64,000 nucleotides of DNA from an uncultured Verrucomicrobiae bacterium (GTDB lineage: Bacteria; Verrucomicrobiota; Verrucomicrobiia; Limisphaerales; Palsa-1400): contig CAVPOM010000018.1 in assembly GCA_963707025.1 (NCBI GenBank), positions 12,507 through 76,506 of the forward strand. The letters run 5' to 3'. Positions 19,501 through 27,860 of this stretch are shown piece by piece; position 1 is the stretch's first letter, and each line of letters opens with the position of its first letter. The position numbers were made by a program, and so were the translations under genes. Below the pieces are notes generated by a model, which had not been told where the DNA came from, searched no databases, and saw nothing but the letters and a program-made list of their open reading frames with translations.

Positions 19501-21530
19501 CTGCGGGCCGTGCCATTTTGCCCCGGCATGGTTGGATTGTTGGTGGGAGCGACCCAGGAGCGCAGCACCTGGTTGACTTGCTGGTTGTCGTCGGAAATCC
19601 AAAGCTGCGCCGCATCGCTGCCCGCGATCCAGAAATAATAATTGCCCGTGACCGGGGCGGTGAAATAACCGCGAATGCGTTCGCCGTAATTGACCCCGTA
19701 ATTGGAGATGCCTTCGAGCGCGCCCAAAACGTTGGTGAGGCTGGCCGGCGTGCCCGTCGGGATATCGGTGACATTGGCGCCGGGAACATTCGTCCAGATT
19801 TCCTGAACGACGGAACTGCCGGTGTTCAAAACCGAAATGTCCACGACCGACGCGCCAAGGCCGGTTAAATTGCTGGCGGTGAGGGTGACTTGGAAACTGC
19901 CGGCGAGAGCGGGCACGCCGGCGATGAGCGCCGTTGGTGTTGTTGAAAGTCAGGCCCGGCGGCAGGCCATTGGCGGTGAAGCCAAGCGGCGTGTTCGCAG
20001 CCGTCACCGTGAAGCTGAAGGGCTGGCCGAGAAAGGCGACCGCGCTCAAGGCGCTCGTCACCACCGCCGGCGCGTTGGAACTGGTGTTGCCGACGCTGTT
20101 GGACGGATACAAACAAGCGGTCGGGATGATTTCTTCCGCCTGGTCCGCGCTGTACCAGGAAAGATGCGCCCGGGCAGAGGCGCCGGACTGGAGATAATCC
20201 AGCCTGAGATCGTAGCGCACGCCGGCCTGCAAAGCGAGGGCGTTGGTCCAGTCGGTGGCGCCTTGCGTCTGCCATTTGTCAATGAGCAACTGGTCGTTCA
20301 CCCAGAGCCGGCAGCCATCGTCGCTTCTCACATCAAAGAAATAAGTGTCGGAAAACTGGGGCTGCACCTGGCCCGTCCAGCGCACGGTGTAATACCCGTT
20401 GCTCAGGTTGGGCGACAGGCCGTTGCTCCAAATAAAACTAATGACCGGGTCAAGGCGGGTCAGGAAAAGATTGCTGGGATTGAAATTCTTGCTGTTGGTG
20501 TAGGTCGTGCTCGAATTGGTATAATACTGGCCGAGCAGCCCGCTGCCGCCCGGGTGGGAGAAGGATAGATGACGACACTGGCGTTGCTTGCAACGCCCAG
20601 GGTGTAATTGGAGCCCGGCAACAGTTGCAGTTGAGCCAGCACGGGCGCCGGCAAATTCGTGTTGGCCATCGGCGTCACTGTGACCGTCTGGGAACTCACG
20701 CCCACCCCTAAAGCGACCGAAGACGGCAGGGCCACATAATCCACGCCCGCCGCCGCAAAACCAATTCCCGGCCCGCCCAGTCCCAGATTGACCGTGATGG
20801 GGTCCAACGGAAAGCCGCCGCGCGTCACGGTGAACTGTCCGGTGAGCGTGGATTTTTGTCCAGGGTCAGGCTGGGTGGCGCCCGCGCCTGTGGCCGTGAT
20901 GGAGATCACATTTTGCGAGGCCAGCAGGTTGGTGACGCAGGCGTAATCACTCAGGGCATTGCCGTTGGCATCTTGCTGGCCGTTGCTAAATGGGTTGAAC
21001 GGGTCCAGGCCCAGTTGATATTTTTCCCAATCGTTCATCCCGCTGCCGGCCGTATCCACGTCCGAGATGGCCACGCGGTAAAACTTCGCGGCCGTCGCCG
21101 CCGGCGCGGTCAAGGTGACATTGCTTCCCGAGCGGGCCACCAGATTGGTTTCGACAAACCAATTCGTGCCGCCCAGCAGGGTGATGCTTTGCAACTGATA
21201 TTGCTTTCCCAGCGCGCAGGGCATGGTCACCGAGAAATTGGACGGCGAATTGGCGATGATGGGGATAAAAGGATAGGAGTTGGAATCGAACGGGTTGGTG
21301 CCGGCGATGGATTCCTGCAAATTGGAAAAGCTGTCGCCGTCTGGATCGGTCCGCGGATCAATGCCGTAGGCATTGTAAATCCATTCCCAAATATCGCTCA
21401 TGCCGTTGCCGTTCAGGTCTATCATCTGGGCATGGGCAGCGCCCAGCCCGAATGCAAACAGCATCAGGCAAATCGCTCTCGAAAAACCGCCATGCCTCCT
21501 TTTCCCGCGAAACAGGCAACTGCGCGACAT
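16535..21530 (-). pseudogene. Giant secreted PA14/Calx-beta-like/DUF1800 protein (about 1660 aa) broken by about 8-9 frame changes
   Basis: ORFs 20460..21530, 17812..20385, 19176..19916, 17892..18305, 17255..18013, 17128..17583, 16638..17393 and 16535..16849 concatenate into one sensible protein. That protein has a signal peptide, TSP3-like DPDGD repeats, PA14 (RWTGQVQPQFSDTYFFDVRSDDGCRLWVNDQLL), a second PA14-like module, and DUF1800 (FLTQATFGASSNDI...LSEIFVVS...). Frame switches are near 20555, 19925, 19525, 18010, 17945, 17600, 17340 and 16860. Confidence 0.7.
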
Positions 21531-21594
21531 AACTCGTTTAACTTATCTGATGGGATTGATTTGTCAAATTTTTGAATCAACTCCGGCTGGATTT

Positions 21595-22602
21595 TAGAGC
21601 GTTTCCATAAATGATATAGCTTGACTGGGGCGAGAGGGCTGGCAGGCTTGAGCCATGCGAGCGATACCCGTGTCTGCGCGCGAGCGCATCCTGCAACTCT
21701 ATGAACAAGGCAAAAGCACCCGCGAGATCGCGGACTTTTTCGGCTTTTGCGTGGCGGCGGTGCGCCGGGTCCGGCAGCAGTTCCAAGAGCGCGGCACGCT
21801 CCAGCCGCAAACCCATTTGTGCGGGCGCAAAACGCTGCTGAACGCCGGACGCCAGGCTCGCCTGCAAAAGCTGGTGGCGGCCCAGCCCGACGCGACGTTG
21901 GCCGAGTTGGGGGCGCGTCTGGACCGCCCTTTCGGGACCTCCACTGTGGATTTGTGGCTGCGCAAACTGGGGTTGAGCTATAAAAAAAACGCTCTGCGCC
22001 GCCGAGCAGAACCGTCCGGACGTGGCCGAAAAGCGGGCCCATTGGCATGAGCGTCTGGCAAGTGACCCACCTGCCCGACTGGTCTTCGTGGATGAAAGCG
22101 GGGCCAACACCAAGATGACCCGTTTTTGCGGGCGGTCACCCGTGGGCCGAAGACTGGCGGCCCACGTCCCGCAGGGACATTATCAGACCACCACCCTGGT
22201 CTGCGCCATTCGTCTGGCCGGGCCTGCGGCCCCCTGCCTCTTTGAGGGGGCCATGGACGGGGAAATGTTTTTGGCCTGGATCCAGCAGGGGCTGGTGGTG
22301 GAGTTGCGCAAGGGTGACTTGGTCATCATGGACAACTTGGCCACGCATAAGGTGACCGGAGTCCGCCAAGCCATCGAAGAGGCCGGGGCAACGCTGCTGT
22401 ATCTGCCGCCCTATTCGCCAGACTTTAATCCCATCGAAAATATGTGGAGCAAGGTCAAACAAATTATGCGAGGTCTCGCGCCGCGAACCGCCAAGGAACT
22501 GCTCCAAGCGGCGAAGATTGCCTTTGAAGCCATCTCCACCGCCGATTGCCGGGGCTTCTTTTTAAACGCCCGCTACGCTACATGATTTATGGAAATGCTC
22601 TA
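21595..22602 (+). mobile_element. IS630-family insertion sequence
   Basis: Terminal inverted repeats are tagagcgtttccataaatgat (21595..21615) and atgatttatggaaatgctcta (22582..22602), matching at 19 of 21 positions. The TA at each outer end fits the TA target duplication of IS630/Tc1. A DDE transposase lies inside. Confidence 0.8.
21655..22585 (+). CDS. IS630-family transposase, two frames joined at an A8 run
   Basis: The HTH part (21655..) reads MRAIPVSARERILQLYEQGKSTREIADFFG. After the A8 run at 21982..21989 the +1 frame reads KKTLCAAEQNRPDVAEKRAHWHERL...LVFVDESGANTKMTR...DNLATHK...LPPYSPDFNPIENMWSKVK, a DDE catalytic domain. Confidence 0.8.
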
Positions 22603-22839
22603 ATCCCGCGATGAGAGGCGGCCGGCCGCCGCCTTGCTCGCGAGGCAGTTTGGCGGCCTGGGCGGGCCAGGCGTCGTCGAGTTGGATCGGGGTCCGCCTG
22701 TTTGAAAGATCACCGCCAAGCCAGCCGGCGGTCGCAGCATCCTCCGCGAGGCATCCCCTGGCGGAGCAAGGACGACAGGTTTCCCTTTTTTGGTTTTTTT
22801 GGATGCGCGCCGCTGTTTTGCGTGTAGATTCCTTGCGCG

Positions 22840-24093
22840 ATGACTGCGCCTTTCCTCATTGTCTGCGCCGGGTTGATCGTGAGCAAATGGATGGCTCAAC
22901 TCTGGCTGGAATGGCTCAACCAGCGGCAGGTCCGCCGGCATGCCCGGCAAGTCCCGCCCGCTTTCGCCAACACCGTCACGCCCGAGACTTACGCCAAATC
23001 GGTTGATTATACGCTGGCGAAAAGCCGGTTTGAGATGGTGGAGTTGACCTGGGGCGCGATGGTTCTGGCCGGGGTTCTTTTTAGCGGGGTTCTGCCGTGG
23101 TTCTACCAAGATTTCCGGCGCGCCGCCGGCTCCTCCATCTGGGCCGGGGCGGGTTTTCTGGCGGCGGCGGGGGTGGCGCTGTCGGCCGCGGATTTGCCCT
23201 TCGAGTGGCATGGGCAATTTGGCCTGGAGGAGCGGTTCGGCTTCAACACCACCACAGCGGCCACTTGGTGGATGGACCGGGTGAAGGGATTGTTGCTGGC
23301 GCTGGCCTTGGGCTATCCGCTGCTGGTGTTGATTTTGCATCTGGCGGGGTGGCTGGGGGCGGGCTGGTGGTTTTGGGCGTGGGTTTGCCTGGCGGTCTTT
23401 CAACTGGTTCTGCTGCTGGCGGGGCCGGTTTTGATTCTGCCGCTGTTCAATAAATTCACGCCGCTGCCGCCGGGCGAATTGCGCGAGGGCCTGCTCGCCC
23501 TGGGCCGGCGCGCCGGCTTTGGCGCGCGCGACATCCAGGTGATGGACGGGAGCAAACGGTCCCGCCACTCCAACGCCTTTTTCACCGGACTGGGCCGGTT
23601 CCGCAAAATTGTTTTATTTGACACATTGGCGCAGCAACTGGACCGCGGGGAAATGGAGGCCGTCCTGGCCCACGAGATCGGCCACTACAAGAAAGGGCAT
23701 GTTCCCAAAATGATCGCCTTGAGCCTGGGCGCCGGGCTGCCGGGCTTTTACCTGCTGGCCGTGCTGGCGCGGCAGGAATGGTTTATGGGCGCCTTTGGTT
23801 TCCAGCCCGGCGACATGGCGCCGGCCTTGCTGCTCTTCGCCTTGCTTTCGGGGGTGGTGACGTTTTGGCTGTCACCGCTGTTCCACGCCCTGTCGCGCCG
23901 CCATGAATACGAGGCGGACGCCTTTGCCGCCCGGCTGATGCAGCAGCGGCAGCCCTTGATCGCGGCCCTGCGCAAATTGAACGAAAAAAACCTGAGCAAT
24001 CTCACGCCGCATCCTTTTTACAGCGGTTTTTACTATTCGCATCCCACCTTGCTGGAACGCGAAGCGGCGCTGGCCGCAACGGCGGGGGATTGA
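22840..24093 (+). CDS. M48-family zinc metallopeptidase (Ste24/CAAX prenyl protease 1-like)
   Basis: Multi-TM N-terminal part, HEIGHYKKGH zinc motif, C-terminal NLTPHPFYSGFYYSHPTLLER. Confidence 0.85.
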   Translation: MTAPFLIVCAGLIVSKWMAQLWLEWLNQRQVRRHARQVPPAFANTVTPETYAKSVDYTLAKSRFEMVELTWGAMVLAGVLFSGVLPWFYQDFRRAAGSSIWAGAGFLAAAGVALSAADLPFEWHGQFGLEERFGFNTTTAATWWMDRVKGLLLALALGYPLLVLILHLAGWLGAGWWFWAWVCLAVFQLVLLLAGPVLILPLFNKFTPLPPGELREGLLALGRRAGFGARDIQVMDGSKRSRHSNAFFTGLGRFRKIVLFDTLAQQLDRGEMEAVLAHEIGHYKKGHVPKMIALSLGAGLPGFYLLAVLARQEWFMGAFGFQPGDMAPALLLFALLSGVVTFWLSPLFHALSRRHEYEADAFAARLMQQRQPLIAALRKLNEKNLSNLTPHPFYSGFYYSHPTLLEREAALAATAGD

Positions 24094-24126
24094 TCGGGAT
24101 TGCCGTTCCCGGCTCCTCTCATTCCT

Positions 24127-24208
24127 CTTAATCTTAATCTTAATCCTAATCTTAATCTCTTTGGAGGATTTGGCGCATTAAGATTAAGATTAAGATTAGG
24201 ATTAGGAG
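24127..24208. repeat. Hexamer-repeat element, inverted pair (locus 1)
   Basis: Five units of CTTAAT/CCTAAT (24127..24156), a 17-nt spacer, then five units of ATTAAG/ATTAGG (24177..24206). Together these can form a roughly 30-bp stem with one mismatch. Confidence 0.9.
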
Positions 24209-24304
24209 AACAAACCGTTGAAGAAAGTGGCCTGCCCCGATTGCCGGGCCGGCGCAAACCCCGGCCTTGCCAAATGGGCGGCGGGAGTTAATGCTTTGTC
24301 CCCT

Positions 24305-25684
24305 ATGAAAAAATTGCCCTCTGCCTGTTGGCTGGCCTTGCCCGCGCTGGTCCTGGCCGCCTGTCAGACAACCCGCCAGCCGACCGCCATCGCCCAGCCC
24401 GGGCCCGTCGCACCGGCGGCGGCGCCGGCGGCTTACGAGACCAAACCGAGAGATCCTTATTTCGCCAAGTTCAATCCGCGCCTGGCCCCAGCCCCGGGAC
24501 CGCTGCTGCTGGAAGCGGGCGACCGCCTGGCCATCGTGGGGGATTCCATCACCGAGCAGAAAATGTATTCCCGCATCCTGGAGACTTACCTGACGGTGTG
24601 CGTGCCCCAACTGAAAATCACGGTGCGCCAGGTCGGTTGGAGCGGCGAAACGGCGGAAGGATTCCGCCGGCGGATGGAGTCCGATTGCCTGCGCTTCAAG
24701 CCGACCGTCGCCACTTTTGCCTACGGCATGAATGATTCCAAGTACCGGCCGTATGACGACATCAACGGGCAGTGGTATGCCTCCAACTATACGGCCATCG
24801 TGCGGGCCTTCAAGGCGGCCGGGGCCAGGGTTGTTCTCGGCTCGCCCGGTTCGCTCGGCACGCTCAACAAAGCGCGCAACGCCGGCGGCGGCACTTTGGA
24901 CGAGCGCAATTTGAATCTGTGCGCCATGCGCGACCTGGACGTTCGCATCGCGCAAAGCGAGGGGGTGCGCTTCGCGGACGTTTTCTGGCCGATGTTGCAG
25001 GCGGCCTACGAGGGTGAAAACCGCTACGGCACGGCCGACAAGCCCTTCGCGCTGCCCGGACCCGACGGACTTCATCCCAACTGGGCCGGGCATCTGGTCA
25101 TGGCGCATTGCTTCCTCCGGGCGCTGGGTCTGGACGGGGACATTGGCACTTTCACCGTGGATTTGAAGGGCGGACACGCCGAGGTCACCGCCGGGCATAA
25201 GATGGAGTCCTTTGCCAACGGCGAACTGGCCATCAGCAGCACGCGCTATCCGTTCTGCGATGGGGGGGCCAGCAACGCGACCAGCGCGATTCGCGGGGGC
25301 ATGTCGCTGGTGCCGTTCAACCGGGAACTCAACCGGCTCATGCTGGTGGTCAGGAACATCGGCGCGCCGCGCTGCCAGGTGATCTGGGGCGGCGTCACCA
25401 ATGCCTACCTGGCCGATCAACTCTCCGCCGGCATCAATCTGGCGGACGAGTTTGCGGTCAATCCCTTCTCGGAGGCTTTCCAGAAGGTGGACAAGGCCGT
25501 GGCCGCCAAGCAGGCCTACGAGACCCGGCAGATCAAGACCTCCTTTCACAGCGCGGAAGCCCGGACCAACATGGACGCGGTCGTCAGCAGGACGGAGGCG
25601 GAGCGCGCGCCGCTGGTGGAGGCGATGGCGGCGGCCTTCGTGCCGGTGCGGCATGTGCTGCGCCTGGTCCCCATGCAGGAATAG
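24305..25684 (+). CDS. SGNH/GDSL-family hydrolase lipoprotein
   Basis: MKKLPSACWLALPALVLAACQ is a lipoprotein signal. LAIVGDSITEQ (block I) and GLHPNWAGH (block V) are present. Confidence 0.75.
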   Translation: MKKLPSACWLALPALVLAACQTTRQPTAIAQPGPVAPAAAPAAYETKPRDPYFAKFNPRLAPAPGPLLLEAGDRLAIVGDSITEQKMYSRILETYLTVCVPQLKITVRQVGWSGETAEGFRRRMESDCLRFKPTVATFAYGMNDSKYRPYDDINGQWYASNYTAIVRAFKAAGARVVLGSPGSLGTLNKARNAGGGTLDERNLNLCAMRDLDVRIAQSEGVRFADVFWPMLQAAYEGENRYGTADKPFALPGPDGLHPNWAGHLVMAHCFLRALGLDGDIGTFTVDLKGGHAEVTAGHKMESFANGELAISSTRYPFCDGGASNATSAIRGGMSLVPFNRELNRLMLVVRNIGAPRCQVIWGGVTNAYLADQLSAGINLADEFAVNPFSEAFQKVDKAVAAKQAYETRQIKTSFHSAEARTNMDAVVSRTEAERAPLVEAMAAAFVPVRHVLRLVPMQE

Positions 25685-25708
25685 GACGGGCCGGGGCCGA
25701 TGGGGTTT

Positions 25709-25812
25709 CTTAATCTTAATCTTAATCATAATCTTAATCGCACTGGTGGTGATCAGAGATTAGGATTAGGATTAGGATTAGGATTAGGATTAAGATTGGG
25801 ATTGAAGATTGG
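25709..25812. repeat. Hexamer-repeat element, inverted pair (locus 2)
   Basis: Five CTTAAT-type units (25709..25738), then a spacer, then five ATTAGG units and one ATTAAG unit (25759..25794), then three degenerate units. Confidence 0.9.
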
Positions 25813-25839
25813 AGACGGATCGGACAAGGTGGGCCCACC

Positions 25840-27126
25840 ATGAGATATGCGCCGATAGACAAGGAATTGTTCCGGCTCAACCGGGCCAACCTGAAGAAAT
25901 TGCTGCCGCCCAACGCGCTGGCGGCGGTCAACGCCAATGATATTCTCCCGGTCAATGGCGACGCGGTTTTGCTGCTGCAGCAAAATTCGGACTTGTTTTA
26001 TCTGACGGGAATTGAACAGGAGGAAAGCCTGCTGCTGCTTTACCCGGAGGCCCACGAACCCAAGCATCGCGAGATTCTGTTCCTGCGCCAGCCCAATCCG
26101 CTGTTGGAAACCTGGGAGGGCCACAAGCTGACCAAGGAGGAGGCGCAAAAGATTTCCGGCGTGGAGCAGGTGCAATGGCTGCCGGATTTTCCGGCGCTGT
26201 TTCACCGGCTGATGTGCGAGTGCTCGCAGGTCTGGCTCAATTCCAACGAGCACAAGCGCGCCCGCGTGGTGGTGGAAAGCCGCGACGCCCGCTTCATCAA
26301 GGAGGTGCAGGCACGCTATCCCCTGCACGATTACCGCCGCCTGGCCCCGCTCCTGCACCGCTTGCGCGCCGTCAAGTCCGACGCCGAAATCGCCCTGCTG
26401 CGCCAGGCCTGCGCGATCACCGAGGCCGGTTTCCGGCGGGTTTGCCGGCTGGTCAAACCGGGGGTCAATGAGATGGAGGTGGAAGCGGAATTTTCCCGCG
26501 AATTTCTGCGGCGGGGCGGGCGCTTCGCCTACAACCCGATCATCGCCTCCGGGCGCAACGCCTGCGCCCTGCATTATGTGCAGAACGACCAGCCTTGCCG
26601 GAAAGGCGAGTTGTTGCTGCTGGACGTGGGGGCCAGCTACGCCAACTACAACGCGGACATGACGCGCACCATTCCGGTCAGCGGGCGGTTCACCCGCCGG
26701 CAAAAACAGGTCTATAACGCCGTCTTGCGGGTGCTGCGCGCCGTCAGCCGGGCGGCGGCGCCGGGGAAATTGCCGCGGGACTGGCAGACGGAGGCGGACC
26801 AATTGGTGGAAAAGGAACTGGTGGATTTGGGTTTGTTGACCCTGGCGGAGATCAAAAAACAGGATCCCGAGGACAAGGCCTTTCGCAAGTATTTTATGCA
26901 CGGCGTGGGCCATCCGCTGGGGCTGGACGTGCATGACCTGGCGCTGACGGTGGAACCGATCCAGGCGGGCTGGGTGCTGACGGTCGAGCCGGCCATTTAC
27001 CTGCGCGAAGAGGGATTTGGCGTGCGCCTGGAAAACAACATCCTTGTGCAAGAGGGCGGCAACGTGGACTTGATGGAAAGAATTCCCATCGAGGCCGGGG
27101 AAGTGGAGCGGCTGATGAGCCGGTGA
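25840..27126 (+). CDS. Xaa-Pro aminopeptidase (M24B family)
   Basis: Creatinase-like N-domain plus pita-bread fold, with LLLDVGASYANYNADMTRT, HGVGHPLGLDVHD and VEPAIYL...GVRLENN. Confidence 0.85.
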   Translation: MRYAPIDKELFRLNRANLKKLLPPNALAAVNANDILPVNGDAVLLLQQNSDLFYLTGIEQEESLLLLYPEAHEPKHREILFLRQPNPLLETWEGHKLTKEEAQKISGVEQVQWLPDFPALFHRLMCECSQVWLNSNEHKRARVVVESRDARFIKEVQARYPLHDYRRLAPLLHRLRAVKSDAEIALLRQACAITEAGFRRVCRLVKPGVNEMEVEAEFSREFLRRGGRFAYNPIIASGRNACALHYVQNDQPCRKGELLLLDVGASYANYNADMTRTIPVSGRFTRRQKQVYNAVLRVLRAVSRAAAPGKLPRDWQTEADQLVEKELVDLGLLTLAEIKKQDPEDKAFRKYFMHGVGHPLGLDVHDLALTVEPIQAGWVLTVEPAIYLREEGFGVRLENNILVQEGGNVDLMERIPIEAGEVERLMSR

Positions 27127-27141
27127 GGGCCGGCTCTTCCT

Positions 27142-27174
27142 CTTAATCTTAATCCTAATTTTAATCTCATAATC
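27142..27174. repeat. Hexamer-repeat element, single arm (locus 3)
   Basis: cttaatcttaatcctaattttaatctcataatc lies between the aminopeptidase stop and the next start. It shares CTCTTAATCTTAATCCTAAT with locus 5. Confidence 0.85.
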
Positions 27175-27192
27175 AACCAACGAGAGGAGCCA

Positions 27193-27621
27193 ATGAAAAA
27201 ATCAACAGAAATGATGTCCGGTTTGGCCCTGGTCTTTTTGGCCGCGCTGCTGGGAGCGCCGGGATGCTCGAAAACACCCAAGCCGGACGCGAAAGTCCTG
27301 CAGGGAAACTGGAAAGGCCAGGAAACCAATGCGACTGGTTCCGATTCCCTCGTGCTGACGGGAACAAATCTGGAGTTCCACGGGTCGGACCCCCGCGAAT
27401 GGTACAAGGCGACTTTTACGCTGCTGGAAGACAAAAATCCAAAGCAGATGATCGCCATCATCACCGACTGTGCCGATCCGAAGTATGTGGGCAAAACCGC
27501 ATACGCCATCTACCAAATCCAGGACGGCATCTTCACCCTCGCCGCCCATGAGCCGGGCGATACGAACGTGCCCGCCAGTTTCGACGATCCGCAGGTGCGG
27601 AAGGTCATGTTCAGACAATAA
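27193..27621 (+). CDS. TIGR03067-family lipoprotein
   Basis: Lipobox LLGAPGCS, then LQGNWKGQE...GTNLEFHG...YKATFTLLEDKNPKQMIAII...AIYQIQDGIFTLA, the PVC-typical TIGR03067 pattern. Confidence 0.7.
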   Translation: MKKSTEMMSGLALVFLAALLGAPGCSKTPKPDAKVLQGNWKGQETNATGSDSLVLTGTNLEFHGSDPREWYKATFTLLEDKNPKQMIAIITDCADPKYVGKTAYAIYQIQDGIFTLAAHEPGDTNVPASFDDPQVRKVMFRQ

Positions 27622-27686
27622 TGCGCTCCCGAAAAAGTCACCCCGTATCGGGGTTGACCATCGCGCCGCGGAATGCCGTCTTGGTT

Positions 27687-27775
27687 GGTAGGGCGGGCAG
27701 TCTTCTGCCCGCCGCGCCGCGACGTTGATTCCTCTGCCAATGCTGGACGGCGGGCAGAGGACTGCCCGCCCTACC
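27687..27775. repeat. Composite GC-rich REP-like element (two inverted family-1 hairpin units)
   Basis: ggtagggcgggcagtcttctgcccgcc ... ggcgggcagaggactgcccgccctacc. Confidence 0.75.
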
Positions 27776-27860
27776 TTTCCCGGCCCGTCCAAGACAACCG
27801 CATTCTGGCGCGACGGCGTTTGGGCTTGACTGGGAGCAAAGCGGGCGTTTGACTCAGACC

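Noticed and set aside
24100-24291. Short ORFs translating the hexamer repeats as LNLNLN, LILILI, IKIKIK or RLRLRL peptides (also 25734..25955, 38107..38469, 38388..38597, 53717..54046).
   Set aside because: The periodic peptide is simply the 6-nt DNA repeat read in frame. The same repeat is read in all frames and on both strands at different loci, and the ORFs have no start context or conserved flanks.
25759-25794. TTAGGA/TTAGG repeats as telomere-like sequence or eukaryotic contamination.
   Set aside because: The tracts are short, internal, and flanked on both sides by typical bacterial operons. They are paired with their own complement 20-100 nt away, so the resemblance to TTAGG(G) telomeric repeats is taken as coincidental.
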